NCBI GenBank assembly: GCA_963727445.1
Contig: CAVSGI010000019.1
Span: forward strand, 1-25,718
Direction: 5' to 3'
Source of the DNA: an uncultured delta proteobacterium
GTDB lineage: Bacteria > Myxococcota_A > Polyangia > Polyangiales > B10-G4
Length of the DNA: 25,718 nucleotides
Part shown: one piece after another, positions 9,346-18,588 of the stretch
How the letters are laid out: the number at the start of each line of letters is the position of its first letter
Position numbering within the stretch: the stretch's first letter is position 1
The notes under the pieces: generated by a model
Databases searched by the model: none
What the model saw: the letters and a program-made list of their open reading frames with translations, nothing else
Told to the model about the DNA's origin: nothing
Position numbers and translations under genes: made by a program

Positions 9346-9925
9346 TCAGAAGGGGATGTCGTTGGGGTCGCCGACGTCCCCGCCAGCCGTCGCCGACGAA
9401 GTCGTCATCCTCGGGAGGCGGCGCATCGAAGCCGCCGGGATCCGCCGCGGGCGCCGCGTCGACGTCGGAGAACTCGTTTGCCTTCTTCTCTTCGGCCGCC
9501 GGTGCGGGCTCGTCGCTCGCTTCGACCTGCACCTGATCGACCCAATAGGTTTCGTCGTCGTCTCCGCGGACGCCGTAGCGCTTCCCATTGCCGAACTTCG
9601 AGTCGCCAATCCAGAAGACCGAACCGACGGTGCCCTTGTGCTCGCCGGCACGGATGCGCACCCAATCTCCCTTGTCGAACTCCTCGACCGTGGGCTGGCT
9701 GCCCTCGGGAGGGGGCGGCGCGTTCTTCTCGTCACCGACGTGCGCTTCGTCGAGCCAATAGGTCTCGCCGTCGTCGCCCTTCACGCCGTAACGCCAGCCC
9801 GGGCCGTACTTGTTGTCGCCGACCCAGAAGATGTCGCCTCGTACACCCACGCCCTTCTTGCCGCCGGTGATCGCGACCCAATCACCCTTCGCATGGACAG
9901 GTGCGTCTTTCTTCGCCTCAGCCAT
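9346..9925 (-). CDS. Tandem KOW/SH3-like repeat protein with acidic tail ending NDIPF (one frameshift near 9385)
   Basis: Two ~53-aa repeats KGDWV.I..G...G..G..FW.GD.K(Y/F)G.G.RYGV.GDD.ETYW.D. Removing one base at 9385 gives ...EDDDFVGDGGGDVGDPNDIPF-stop. Confidence 0.72.
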
Positions 9926-10062
9926 CGGACCGAAGAATGCCAAAGCCTGGCGAGGCCGCAAGGTGGGCCAAAAAAGGGAGGGAATTGTCTCCCCCACCCC
10001 CGCGTAACTCCCAGCACGATACGCCGCGGCCACGAAGGACCAGGCGGCCTCGGGAGGACAAA

Positions 10063-10563
10063 ATGATCAAGTATTCGAACGCTTATGCGGAGACCATCGC
10101 GCGCGGCCATCTCGACCAGGACGAGCAGATCCTGGCCAAGGCAGCGGGTGTGCATCGCCCCTGGTACACGGGCGGCTTCGTGTGGTTCTGGAAGTTCTAC
10201 TACGTCGTCGCGACGAACAAGCGCCTGCTCCTCGCCGAGCACCGCCGCGGCCTCTTCTACGACCGCCTCGAGGCCGTGCACTCGGTGCCCTGGAACGAGC
10301 TGACTCAGGTGAAGGTCGCCGGCCTGCTCATGAAGAAGACGCTGAAGCTCCAGTTCAACGGGACCAAGCTCGCGCTCCGCCTTCCCCGCTTCCTCGCTCC
10401 GACCCCGGCGAACATCGTGAACGCCAAGCACGTCGCGACGACCTGGAACACGGCGAAGCAGATCGCTGCGCCGCCCGCGCACGCCTCGCTTCCGGCGCCC
10501 GCGCAGCCGCAGCAGCAGATGTACCAGCAGCCCGCGCCCGCCGGCTACCAGTACCAGGCCTGA
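10063..10563 (+). CDS. Hypothetical protein, bacterial PH-like domain with P/Q-rich tail
   Basis: SD GGAGGA before ATG 10063; VVATNKRLLL...SVPWNELTQVKV pattern. Confidence 0.65.
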   Translation: MIKYSNAYAETIARGHLDQDEQILAKAAGVHRPWYTGGFVWFWKFYYVVATNKRLLLAEHRRGLFYDRLEAVHSVPWNELTQVKVAGLLMKKTLKLQFNGTKLALRLPRFLAPTPANIVNAKHVATTWNTAKQIAAPPAHASLPAPAQPQQQMYQQPAPAGYQYQA

Positions 10564-10588
10564 GGCCCCCAATCGCGAGCAGGAGGTC

Positions 10589-11236
10589 TCAGGCCAGCGC
10601 CGGGACCTTCTGCTTCAACGCGGCCAGACGCTCGGCGTCCACGCCATCGGCGATCCAGCCCTTCGCCTTCTCGAAGACGGGCGGGGGCATCGCCCCGGCG
10701 AGGGCGCCGACGTACTTTGCGGCCGTGTCCTCGTCGCAGCGCGACACGATGAAGGGCACGGCCTGCGCCATGTCCTCCGGCGGGATCACGCTCAGGATGT
10801 CAGCGAGCATCACGCCCTGCTCTTCGGGCGTGAAGGTCTCGTGGACGAGCGGGATGAGGATCTCGTTCTCCTTGGAGATGTGGGCGGTCGCGTGCTCGCG
10901 GAGCGCGATGCTCTGGCGCCTCAGCCGAACGAAGGCGTCAGCATCCGACTTGCACTCGTCGCAGAGGTCGAGGAGCTCCGAGAAGAGCTTCCGCTCGTGC
11001 ACGTGGTCGTGGAGGTAGGGCGTGGGGATCTGGTCCTGGCGCTCGGCGAGACGCGGGAAGAGGCCCTTCTCCTCCCCTTTGGTGTGGAGATCGACGAGAC
11101 GGGAGAAGAAGGCGATCCGATCGCGCAGCTCCGGCACCTCGACGGTGGTGGCGCTGTGGGCGGCATCCTCGATCGCCGCGGCTTCGGCGAGGATGGCGCT
11201 GTGGACGAAGAGAAGGGAGTCGATGGGTCCGGGCAT
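10589..11236 (-). CDS. Hemerythrin/HHE cation-binding domain protein
   Basis: H..., HTKGEE..LFP, DH, HISKENEILIP ligand pattern; SD GGAGGA upstream. Confidence 0.88.
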   Translation of the reverse strand: MPGPIDSLLFVHSAILAEAAAIEDAAHSATTVEVPELRDRIAFFSRLVDLHTKGEEKGLFPRLAERQDQIPTPYLHDHVHERKLFSELLDLCDECKSDADAFVRLRRQSIALREHATAHISKENEILIPLVHETFTPEEQGVMLADILSVIPPEDMAQAVPFIVSRCDEDTAAKYVGALAGAMPPPVFEKAKGWIADGVDAERLAALKQKVPALA

Positions 11237-11255
11237 TGGGTCCTCCGTTGAGTGG

Positions 11256-14200
11256 TCAGGGCATCGCGGCGATCTCGAGCGCTGCGTCGCTCGCCGTGAC
11301 GTAGCGCTCGCCGTCCGGGCCCCACACCAGGAAGTAGATCCAACCGTCGCTGCGGAAGTGCGGGAAGAGCGCCTTCATGCCCGCGGGCATGTTGGTGATC
11401 TGCCGAACCTGGCCGGTGGCGAGGTCGAGGAGGTGGAGGTTCGAGGTGCCGTCTCCGCTCTCCTCGTAGTGGTGGGTGACCATGAACCGCTCGTCGTAGG
11501 AGAAGCTCGGCTTGCCGCCTGGGAAGCAGGCGGTGGCGATGGGATCGCTCAGGGTCACGCGGTAACCGGTGGAGCCGGCGGTGGTGGTCACGCGTCGCAG
11601 GACGTAGCCGAGGCTGTGACCGTTGGGGCCGGCGAGGCGGCTCGAGACGAGCTGCGTCGAGGGGGAGAGCACCGAGTCGCCCTCGTAGGGTGAGTCGACG
11701 ATCACCGCTTCCTGCGGCTGGTAGTTGGTGCCGTCGAAGATCATCGGGGTGATCTTGATGGTGGAGCTCGCGTTGAAGCTCGCCCGCGGATCCTCGGTGC
11801 CGCTTCCCGGGTCGGAGGTGAACTGGCTGTTGATGACGAAGTAGTCGCCGCCCGACAGGCCCCGGGCCACGTGCTGGTAGAGGTTGATGCCGCGGGCCGT
11901 GATGCAGCCGGGCTCGGTGAAGTCGATCGAGGCGTCGGACTCGAGCACCGAGAGGGTGCAGATCCCCGCGCCGCCGCTCGCACCCTGGAAGATGAAACCG
12001 CTGTTGTCGGGGAAGAAGCCGGGATCGTAGCTGGCCTGCACACCGATGTTCCGCATGTTCTGGAGATCGGTGATGGTGGAGCGACCGCCGTCACCCGAGC
12101 TGCCGCCGTTGCCGACGAAGCGGCCGTCGGCGGAGCTGCGCATCCAGTAGCTGGTGCGGAAGCCGAGGTCGCGGAGCATGCGGATGGTGCCGATGCCGTT
12201 GCCCCAGGTGCTCGTGTTGTCGGTGGCCGACGTCAGGCAGCCCCGTGCGTCGCCGCCGACGGTGGGGCAGCCGTACATGCGAATGCCCGAGTCCTCGTTG
12301 GCGGTCGCCCAGCCCTCGAACTGCATGTTGCTGATGTGCGCGTCGAGTGCCGTGCGGTCGAAGGACTCGGTGCAGGTGTCGGGGGGCGGAGCCTCGGGGA
12401 AGACCGCGTCCAGATCGTTGAGGCGGTTCTCGAACCACTTGAGCACGATCGCGTACTCGCGCTGGGTGAGGGCCGGGTGCTGGCCCTTGGGCATCGAGAC
12501 GCGGTTCTTGAAGCGGCCGTACTGCACCGGCCAGTTGTCGCCGTAGGCGGCGCGGAAGAGGCCGCGGAAGTACCCGTACTGCACGCCCGTCGCGAGGACG
12601 CCGAGGTGCTCGGGTGTGAAGACACTGTTTTCGTCGGTGGGCTCGGCGCGGAAGCAGTTGACGGTGTCGAGGGCCTGGGACTGGGCGAGCTGCTCGGGAT
12701 CGCCGATGGCGAGCTCGCGCAGCCGGGCCATGGTGGCCGGACCGACGCCGCTGACCGCGTCGAGGGCCGCGACGCCGGCGGCGCCGTCCGGGAAGGGTCG
12801 CGCGTCGATGATGTTCTGGGCGTAGTCGTCGCGGAGCTCCGCGCGCAGGGTGTCCTCGCTCACGGTGTTGACGTAGTCGACGAGCTGCTGGTCCGCGTCG
12901 ACCTCCACCGGGCGGACGCCGCAGGTCTCCCAGGCGTGGTCGGTGAAGTCGAGCCAGCGGCGCAGCCCGTTGCGCGAGACCGCGTGACACTCGGCGCAGC
13001 GCCGGGTCGCACACTCTCCGCCGGGGCAGCTGGCGTCCATGATGTCGGCGCCGAGCACGACGAGGGCGGCCTTGGCGAGCTCGGGCCCCTCGAGGTCGAT
13101 CTCGGGCAGGTCACCCTCGGAGTCGATGGGATCGCGGGGCACGTCGGTCCAGTTGCAGGCGGCGTTCATCGGATCGTTGCCGCACATCTGGATGAAGCGG
13201 ATCGCCTTGCCGTAATCCGAGTCCCAGAAGTTGTTCTCGTCGAGCCCCTCGAGGCTGGGGGGCATCCAGAAGTGGTGGTCGAAGGTGTTGTAGGCGTCGG
13301 TGGTGATGCCCTGCCACTGCGAGTCCTCACCCGCGATGCGGTTGATCCACGCCGAGCCGCCGTTGTAGCGGTTGGGGCCGGACCACACGTCCTGGCCGAT
13401 GCGATGACAGCGGGTGCAGGCGGAGGCCTCCTCGTTCACGAGCTGCTTGGCGGGGATCCAGCCCTGGCCGTCGCTGTTGACGATGTAGTAGGGCTGGTCG
13501 TTGTAGCCGAGGGCGAAGTCAGGGTGGACGCCCGCGCGCGGCACCACCGGCTCGCCGTTGTCGTCGAGGGCGCCGTCAATCCAGGGCGAGTGGATGAAGG
13601 CGTCGGTGGAGTGGCAGAGACCGCACTCGATGTTGCTGGTGCCGCCCGGGCCGACCACGCCACCCTGGATGCCTTCCCAGAGCGAGGCGCTCTGCTGCGG
13701 TGACGCTTCGGAATCGATCTTGTCCGCGGGGTGCGGGACGTGCTCGCCGTCCGTGAGGTTGTACAGGGCGTTCTGGAAGAAGCAGGTGCGGCCCGTGTAC
13801 GGGTTCGATCCGATCATGGCGATGTCGTTGTACTGCCCGAGCTCGCCCTTGGCCTTGCGGCAGAGGAGCACCCAGCTGGTGCCCTGGTCGTTGGTGCGGC
13901 GCGCCACCCGCGGGCCGTTGTTGTCGGCGGTCGCGTTCGGCTCACACGACGAGTAGATGTACTGGGGGTTGTCGCACTTGCTCACCTCGCTGAGCGGGAA
14001 CTCGACGCTGCCATCGGCCCCGGTGACGGTGGTGGGGATGGGCACCGAGTCGAGGCAGTTGTAGGTGCCGTAGTCCCCCTCGGCGACCTCGGGGAAGAAG
14101 GGGATCTCGCCCATCTCGGCGATGCACTCCTCGGCGTAGGCGACGGTGGAGACGATGCGCGCCTCGGGGCCGTCGAACTTTCCGTTCTCGCCGCGCCGGT

Positions 14201-14666
14201 CGAGGGCGCGTCGGGCGTCGAACTCTCCCTGCTCGACGAGCTCGGCACCCTTCATGAGGCAGACGTCGATGATGACGCGCCCGTCGGCGATGGCGGCGAG
14301 CATGTCCGCCGTGGGCTCCGCGGAGATCCAGTCGGAGGAAGCATAGGGGGTGTCGAAGTCCTCGATGGTCATGGTCGGGCCTTCGAAGCGCGCGCCGGTG
14401 GTGGCCGGCAGGGGGCTATCGTCGACCCGCTCGATGCCGCCGTAGTCGACCGCGCACTCGAGCTCGCCGATCACGCCGTGACGCACTCGGGCGTGCAGCG
14501 TCTCGCCATCGTTGAGTGGGCGGTTCACGAGGATCTGGACCCGCTGGCTCGCTTCGTCCCATTGGACGTCGAGCCCCTGTCCGGTGGCGTCGTCGCCACC
14601 ACAGGCCGACATCGCGAGCGAGACGGTGAGCAATAGAATGGAGGCGGCGCGCTTGGTCATCGTCAT
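11256..14666 (-). CDS. 1136-aa lipoprotein with three CxxCH heme-c motifs, a ComEA-like HhH insert and a C-terminal TolB-like propeller region
   Basis: Lipobox MSAC; CGLCH (13611-13625), CTRCH (13404-13418), CAECH (12984-12998); AQNIIDARPF...LDAVSGVGPATMARLR; SSADGRFV, PSFSYDERFM, FPHFRSDGW blades. Confidence 0.8.
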   Translation of the reverse strand: MTMTKRAASILLLTVSLAMSACGGDDATGQGLDVQWDEASQRVQILVNRPLNDGETLHARVRHGVIGELECAVDYGGIERVDDSPLPATTGARFEGPTMTIEDFDTPYASSDWISAEPTADMLAAIADGRVIIDVCLMKGAELVEQGEFDARRALDRRGENGKFDGPEARIVSTVAYAEECIAEMGEIPFFPEVAEGDYGTYNCLDSVPIPTTVTGADGSVEFPLSEVSKCDNPQYIYSSCEPNATADNNGPRVARRTNDQGTSWVLLCRKAKGELGQYNDIAMIGSNPYTGRTCFFQNALYNLTDGEHVPHPADKIDSEASPQQSASLWEGIQGGVVGPGGTSNIECGLCHSTDAFIHSPWIDGALDDNGEPVVPRAGVHPDFALGYNDQPYYIVNSDGQGWIPAKQLVNEEASACTRCHRIGQDVWSGPNRYNGGSAWINRIAGEDSQWQGITTDAYNTFDHHFWMPPSLEGLDENNFWDSDYGKAIRFIQMCGNDPMNAACNWTDVPRDPIDSEGDLPEIDLEGPELAKAALVVLGADIMDASCPGGECATRRCAECHAVSRNGLRRWLDFTDHAWETCGVRPVEVDADQQLVDYVNTVSEDTLRAELRDDYAQNIIDARPFPDGAAGVAALDAVSGVGPATMARLRELAIGDPEQLAQSQALDTVNCFRAEPTDENSVFTPEHLGVLATGVQYGYFRGLFRAAYGDNWPVQYGRFKNRVSMPKGQHPALTQREYAIVLKWFENRLNDLDAVFPEAPPPDTCTESFDRTALDAHISNMQFEGWATANEDSGIRMYGCPTVGGDARGCLTSATDNTSTWGNGIGTIRMLRDLGFRTSYWMRSSADGRFVGNGGSSGDGGRSTITDLQNMRNIGVQASYDPGFFPDNSGFIFQGASGGAGICTLSVLESDASIDFTEPGCITARGINLYQHVARGLSGGDYFVINSQFTSDPGSGTEDPRASFNASSTIKITPMIFDGTNYQPQEAVIVDSPYEGDSVLSPSTQLVSSRLAGPNGHSLGYVLRRVTTTAGSTGYRVTLSDPIATACFPGGKPSFSYDERFMVTHHYEESGDGTSNLHLLDLATGQVRQITNMPAGMKALFPHFRSDGWIYFLVWGPDGERYVTASDAALEIAAMP

Positions 14667-14728
14667 GTGGGGCGATGGTACACCGGCGGCTGACCCAGCA
14701 ACCAGATCCGGTTAAGCTCGCGCAAGCC

Positions 14729-16093
14729 ATGCGAGACGCCTGCATCGCCCTCGCCCTCGGCCTCGCCCTCGCCCTCTCCGTCGCCCTGGTGGCCGGCTGC
14801 GGGTCGAAGTCCGGGCTCACGCTGGACACGCACGGCGGTGCGATGGACGCGGCGCCGACGGATTCAGCGCCATCCGACGCGGCTCGCGACACCGCGGTGC
14901 CGGAGGACACCGCTGCGCCGCGGCGACCCGCGTGCTTCGAGATGCTCCCGCCGGGGACGATTCGAGGCTCAGTGGAGGACGTCCACGGGCGCCCGGCCTA
15001 CGATCACGAGGGCAACGTCTACTTTCCACGCGAGTCGTCGGGCGATTGGTTCTTGATCAGCCTCGATCCCTGCCTCGAGGTGCGATGGGCCGTGCCCCTC
15101 GCCGACTTCGACGGACAACGGCGGAGGAATCGGGTGACGGTCGACGCGGATGGATTCGTCTGGCTGAACAGCCGGTATCAGGTCGCGCGGGTCACGGGCG
15201 ACGGCGTGCCGGCGCCGGTCACGCTCGAGGTGGAAGGCAACCTCTGGACCTGGGTGGCCATCCCGCCCGCGGGGCCGGTCTACGCGAGCAGCAACGGCAC
15301 CGACATGCCGCGCTACCTCTACCGAACGCGCGCCGGTGGCGGCGCCGACCGCGTACGCCTCGAGGAGGTCTCGTCCTACGTCTACGAGGGCGAGTGTCTG
15401 GTGGCCGCCGGCGCCGCGCGCTGCTGGAACGTCGGCTACGACCTCGCGGACATGCGACTTCTCTACTACCGCGACCCGCCGCGGCTCATCGACGGCACCT
15501 TTCGTCACGTGACCCAACCCGCCTTCGACGGCGAACGCCTCTGGACGTTGCGCTTCGGCATCTCGACCTACGATCTGGTCGCGAACGACGCGGGGAGCGG
15601 CGAAGAGGTGAGCCGCGTGCCGCTCGCACGCACGACGCGCGGCCAGAGGGAGGTGATCGCCAGCCCGCCGGTGATCGGCGCAGGAGGCGAGGTCCTGGTG
15701 TACTTCTCGGGGTACCGCGAGGCCGCGCCGCGCGGACAGCTCCAGGCCTTCTCCGCCGACGGGGAGCCGCTCTGGTCCTACACCGCGGAGCGCTCGGGCA
15801 GCCGCGATGTCTTCGGGACGACCTCGATGATCGCGATCGGTGACGCGAACGTGGCCTATCTCGCGGTCGGGGAGACGCTGCACGCGGTGGTCGTGTCGAA
15901 CGGCGCGCCGCGTTGGGCGGTCGCCGACCTGGGCGACGTGAACGATCCGATGCTGCAGATCAGCCCGCTCGGCGACGTGGCGGTCCTGAACGATGCAGAC
16001 GTGCTTCAGGTGGTGGCGACGGAGTCTCTGGCGGTGGGTCGGTCTCGGTGGCCGGTGGCGGGGGGAGATCCTCAGGCGACGTACTCTCGATAG
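14729..16093 (+). CDS. Lipoprotein with PQQ-like/BamB-type beta-propeller repeats
   Basis: Lipobox LVAGC; DAA linker; SPPVIGAGGEV, AFSADGEPLWSY, SNGAPRWA repeats. Confidence 0.7.
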   Translation: MRDACIALALGLALALSVALVAGCGSKSGLTLDTHGGAMDAAPTDSAPSDAARDTAVPEDTAAPRRPACFEMLPPGTIRGSVEDVHGRPAYDHEGNVYFPRESSGDWFLISLDPCLEVRWAVPLADFDGQRRRNRVTVDADGFVWLNSRYQVARVTGDGVPAPVTLEVEGNLWTWVAIPPAGPVYASSNGTDMPRYLYRTRAGGGADRVRLEEVSSYVYEGECLVAAGAARCWNVGYDLADMRLLYYRDPPRLIDGTFRHVTQPAFDGERLWTLRFGISTYDLVANDAGSGEEVSRVPLARTTRGQREVIASPPVIGAGGEVLVYFSGYREAAPRGQLQAFSADGEPLWSYTAERSGSRDVFGTTSMIAIGDANVAYLAVGETLHAVVVSNGAPRWAVADLGDVNDPMLQISPLGDVAVLNDADVLQVVATESLAVGRSRWPVAGGDPQATYSR

Positions 16094-16574
16094 GTGGGGC
16101 CGGAGGCGGATCGTCGGGCGGCGCGGCCGCGGCCGGGGCCGGGGGCGGCGCGCCGAGCTCATTGGCGTTGCCGGGCCCGAGCGATGTCGCCACCGCGCGC
16201 GGGGTCGGCTCGATCAGCTCGGGGAGGAGCGCGCCTTCGACGGCGCCGATGGTGGTGAGGAACGCGAGCACCGCTTCGAGATCGTCCTCGCTCACCAGCT
16301 CGTCGCTCAGCGGAGGCATCAGATGATTGCCCTGTCGGACCTGGCGGCGCATCCGCCATGGCTCCCAGCCATAGCCACTCGGATTGACCCGGCCCTGATG
16401 ACAGGCGGCGCATGTGTGATGGAACACGAACGCCCCGCGCTCGACGTCGCGGGACATGATCTGTCCGGCGTAGAGGCCCTGCTCCTCGCCCTCGAAAGCG
16501 GTCGGCGGCCCCTGGGCTCCCCCGCACGCGGCCGCGAGCAAGCAGCAGAACGCTCGCCAGATCCCCCCCGTCAC
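15960..16574 (-). CDS. Monoheme class I cytochrome c lipoprotein with Pro-rich tail
   Basis: Lipobox LAAAC; ERGAFVFHHTCAACH; distal MPP; DLEAVLAFL. Start is uncertain among GTGs at 16580, 16577 and 16574. The 3' end overlaps the convergent gene. Confidence 0.8.
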   Translation of the reverse strand: MTGGIWRAFCCLLAAACGGAQGPPTAFEGEEQGLYAGQIMSRDVERGAFVFHHTCAACHQGRVNPSGYGWEPWRMRRQVRQGNHLMPPLSDELVSEDDLEAVLAFLTTIGAVEGALLPELIEPTPRAVATSLGPGNANELGAPPPAPAAAAPPDDPPPAPPIESTSPEDLPPPPATETDPPPETPSPPPEARLHRSGPPRRRAG

Positions 16575-16638
16575 CACCACGATGATGCGCGCTCGCGACG
16601 GGCTCGGCAATCCATCTCCTGCTAGACTCGGCACCTCG

Positions 16639-18546
16639 ATGCGTCGCTTCTTTTGTCTTCTTTCGGTCGTCGCGCTCGGGTGCGGCGACTCCACCATGGC
16701 CGCCGACGCCGGAACCGACCCGGCCGTCCGCTGCGTCGATCAGAACGCGGTGGTTCAGATCGGCGAAGGCGAGATGGTGAGCGTGGTCGTCGCGGTCAAT
16801 CAGCTCGCGACGGGCACCACCGTGGAGATCGGCGGCATGCCCGCCGAGATCGACGAAGTCGGCCTCGCCGAGGTGCAGGTGCCCGCGCGCTTCGGGGTCA
16901 ACGCCGTGCCTGTCACCGCGACCGTCGGCGACACCGTCCGCCGCGAGGTCTGCTCGTTCCTGGCGGCGCCCGACTTCCACGAAGAGGGCCCCCTGGCGGA
17001 CGCGGTCACCATGCGCTGGGCGCCGCCCGCCATCGACGATGGCGATGACGCGACCACCCTCGGGAGCCTCGAGGACACGGTGGCGCGCGCCCTCGAGGCC
17101 GGCATCCTGCGGACGGCCGCGGCGAGCGCGCTCGACGTGTCGCTCCCCGGGATCGCGGGCGCCTGCAAGGGCAGCGCCTGTCCGGAGCCACCCGAGTTCA
17201 TGGTCAACGGCGTGGAGCTCGCGTCCGACGACGCCTCCGTGCGCGATCCGACGAGCTCCTCACTCGAGGCGACCGACGGAGCGCTCCGCTTCACGGGCTC
17301 GGGGGCGGCAGTGAACCTAAACGTCAGCGACCTGCGATTCGAGACGCGGGACTTCGGCGTCTTCACGGGCAACGGCAGCGTCGCGCTCTCCGACGTCGAC
17401 GTCGTGGCGCTCCTCGGGACGAGCATCGGCGCCGACGGCCTGCCACACGTCGAGATCTCCTCGGTCGAATCGGTGACGCCTGGGACGGTGGACATGAGCA
17501 GCCTGAACTGGGCGCCTTCCGTGCCCCCGGCCGCGGCGCTCGCCTTCATCGAGAGCTTCTTCAATTCGCCACCGGGGCTCGGCGACGTCGGCAACGTGGT
17601 CTCGAACAGCGTGGCCGAGATGCTCGACCATCTCGCGAGGAGCATCTCGGTGGACAACGTCCCGTCGAGCTTCTCGGTGGCGGGCCTCGACGGCTCGATG
17701 GTGGACATCGACCTCGCCTTCGTGCCGACCGCCGCCATCACGACCACGGACGGTCTGGTCTTCGGGCTCGGCACCGAGGTCACGCCAGTGGGCGACGTCC
17801 TGTCGACGCGCGGCGTCCCGGTGCGCGCGACGCGCTACGCGCCGAGCGACGCGGCGGCCGACATCGGCAACAAGACCAGCATGGACGCGCTCAATCAGGT
17901 GCTCCACGCGCTCTGGGCCCGGGGCGGCGCGGACGGGATCGTGGGGCCCGCGATGATCGTGGGGCCCGCGATGATCGTGGGGCCCGCGATGATCGTCGGG
18001 CCTGCGATGACGGTGAACCCCGCGGAGATCGTGGGGCCGGCGATGATCGACGTGACCACCGCGCTGCCGCCGGTCTTCGACGGCTCGAGCACGGGCGAGC
18101 TCGCGATGAGCTTCGGCGGGATGACCCTGAGCCTCGACGGCGACGGGCCCTTCGCCGGGGGCGTGCGCGTGACCATGGGCGGGCGCGCGATGGCGACGCT
18201 CGACTCGGCGAGCGGCGCGTCCATCTCGCCCACGTCGATCGCCATCACCGAGCTGGCCTTCGCCACCGAGCCCGCGGTGGACGACGACACGCGGCTGGCC
18301 ATCGGGCAGTGGCTCGTGGTCTTCGCGCACTACTTCACCCGCACGATGATCGCGGGCGCGCCGCCCGAGCTCGCGCTGGCCACGGTGGCGGTGCCGACCG
18401 AGGTGAGCGTCTACGGGACCACGCTGCTCACCAACACCGCCGCCGGCACGCGCCTCGGCACGGGGACCACGTCGCTCCGGGTGACTGGACACCACATCGA
18501 GAACGCGGGCGACCTGGTCGAGATGGCGACCGCGCCCTCCCCTTGA
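16639..18546 (+). CDS. Large uncharacterised lipoprotein containing IVGPAM repeats
   Basis: Lipobox ALGC after MRRFFCLLSVV; long ORF with GC3-biased codons. Confidence 0.75.
   Translation: MRRFFCLLSVVALGCGDSTMAADAGTDPAVRCVDQNAVVQIGEGEMVSVVVAVNQLATGTTVEIGGMPAEIDEVGLAEVQVPARFGVNAVPVTATVGDTVRREVCSFLAAPDFHEEGPLADAVTMRWAPPAIDDGDDATTLGSLEDTVARALEAGILRTAAASALDVSLPGIAGACKGSACPEPPEFMVNGVELASDDASVRDPTSSSLEATDGALRFTGSGAAVNLNVSDLRFETRDFGVFTGNGSVALSDVDVVALLGTSIGADGLPHVEISSVESVTPGTVDMSSLNWAPSVPPAAALAFIESFFNSPPGLGDVGNVVSNSVAEMLDHLARSISVDNVPSSFSVAGLDGSMVDIDLAFVPTAAITTTDGLVFGLGTEVTPVGDVLSTRGVPVRATRYAPSDAAADIGNKTSMDALNQVLHALWARGGADGIVGPAMIVGPAMIVGPAMIVGPAMTVNPAEIVGPAMIDVTTALPPVFDGSSTGELAMSFGGMTLSLDGDGPFAGGVRVTMGGRAMATLDSASGASISPTSIAITELAFATEPAVDDDTRLAIGQWLVVFAHYFTRTMIAGAPPELALATVAVPTEVSVYGTTLLTNTAAGTRLGTGTTSLRVTGHHIENAGDLVEMATAPSP
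17938..18045 (+). repeat. 18-bp in-frame tandem repeat, 6 units (IVGPAM x4, TVNPAE, IVGPAM)
   Basis: ATCGTGGGGCCCGCGATG occurs three times exactly, followed by variants. Confidence 0.9.
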
Positions 18547-18588
18547 GGCCGATGGCGAGCGCCGCGAACCCGAGGGCACGCGCGGCGC

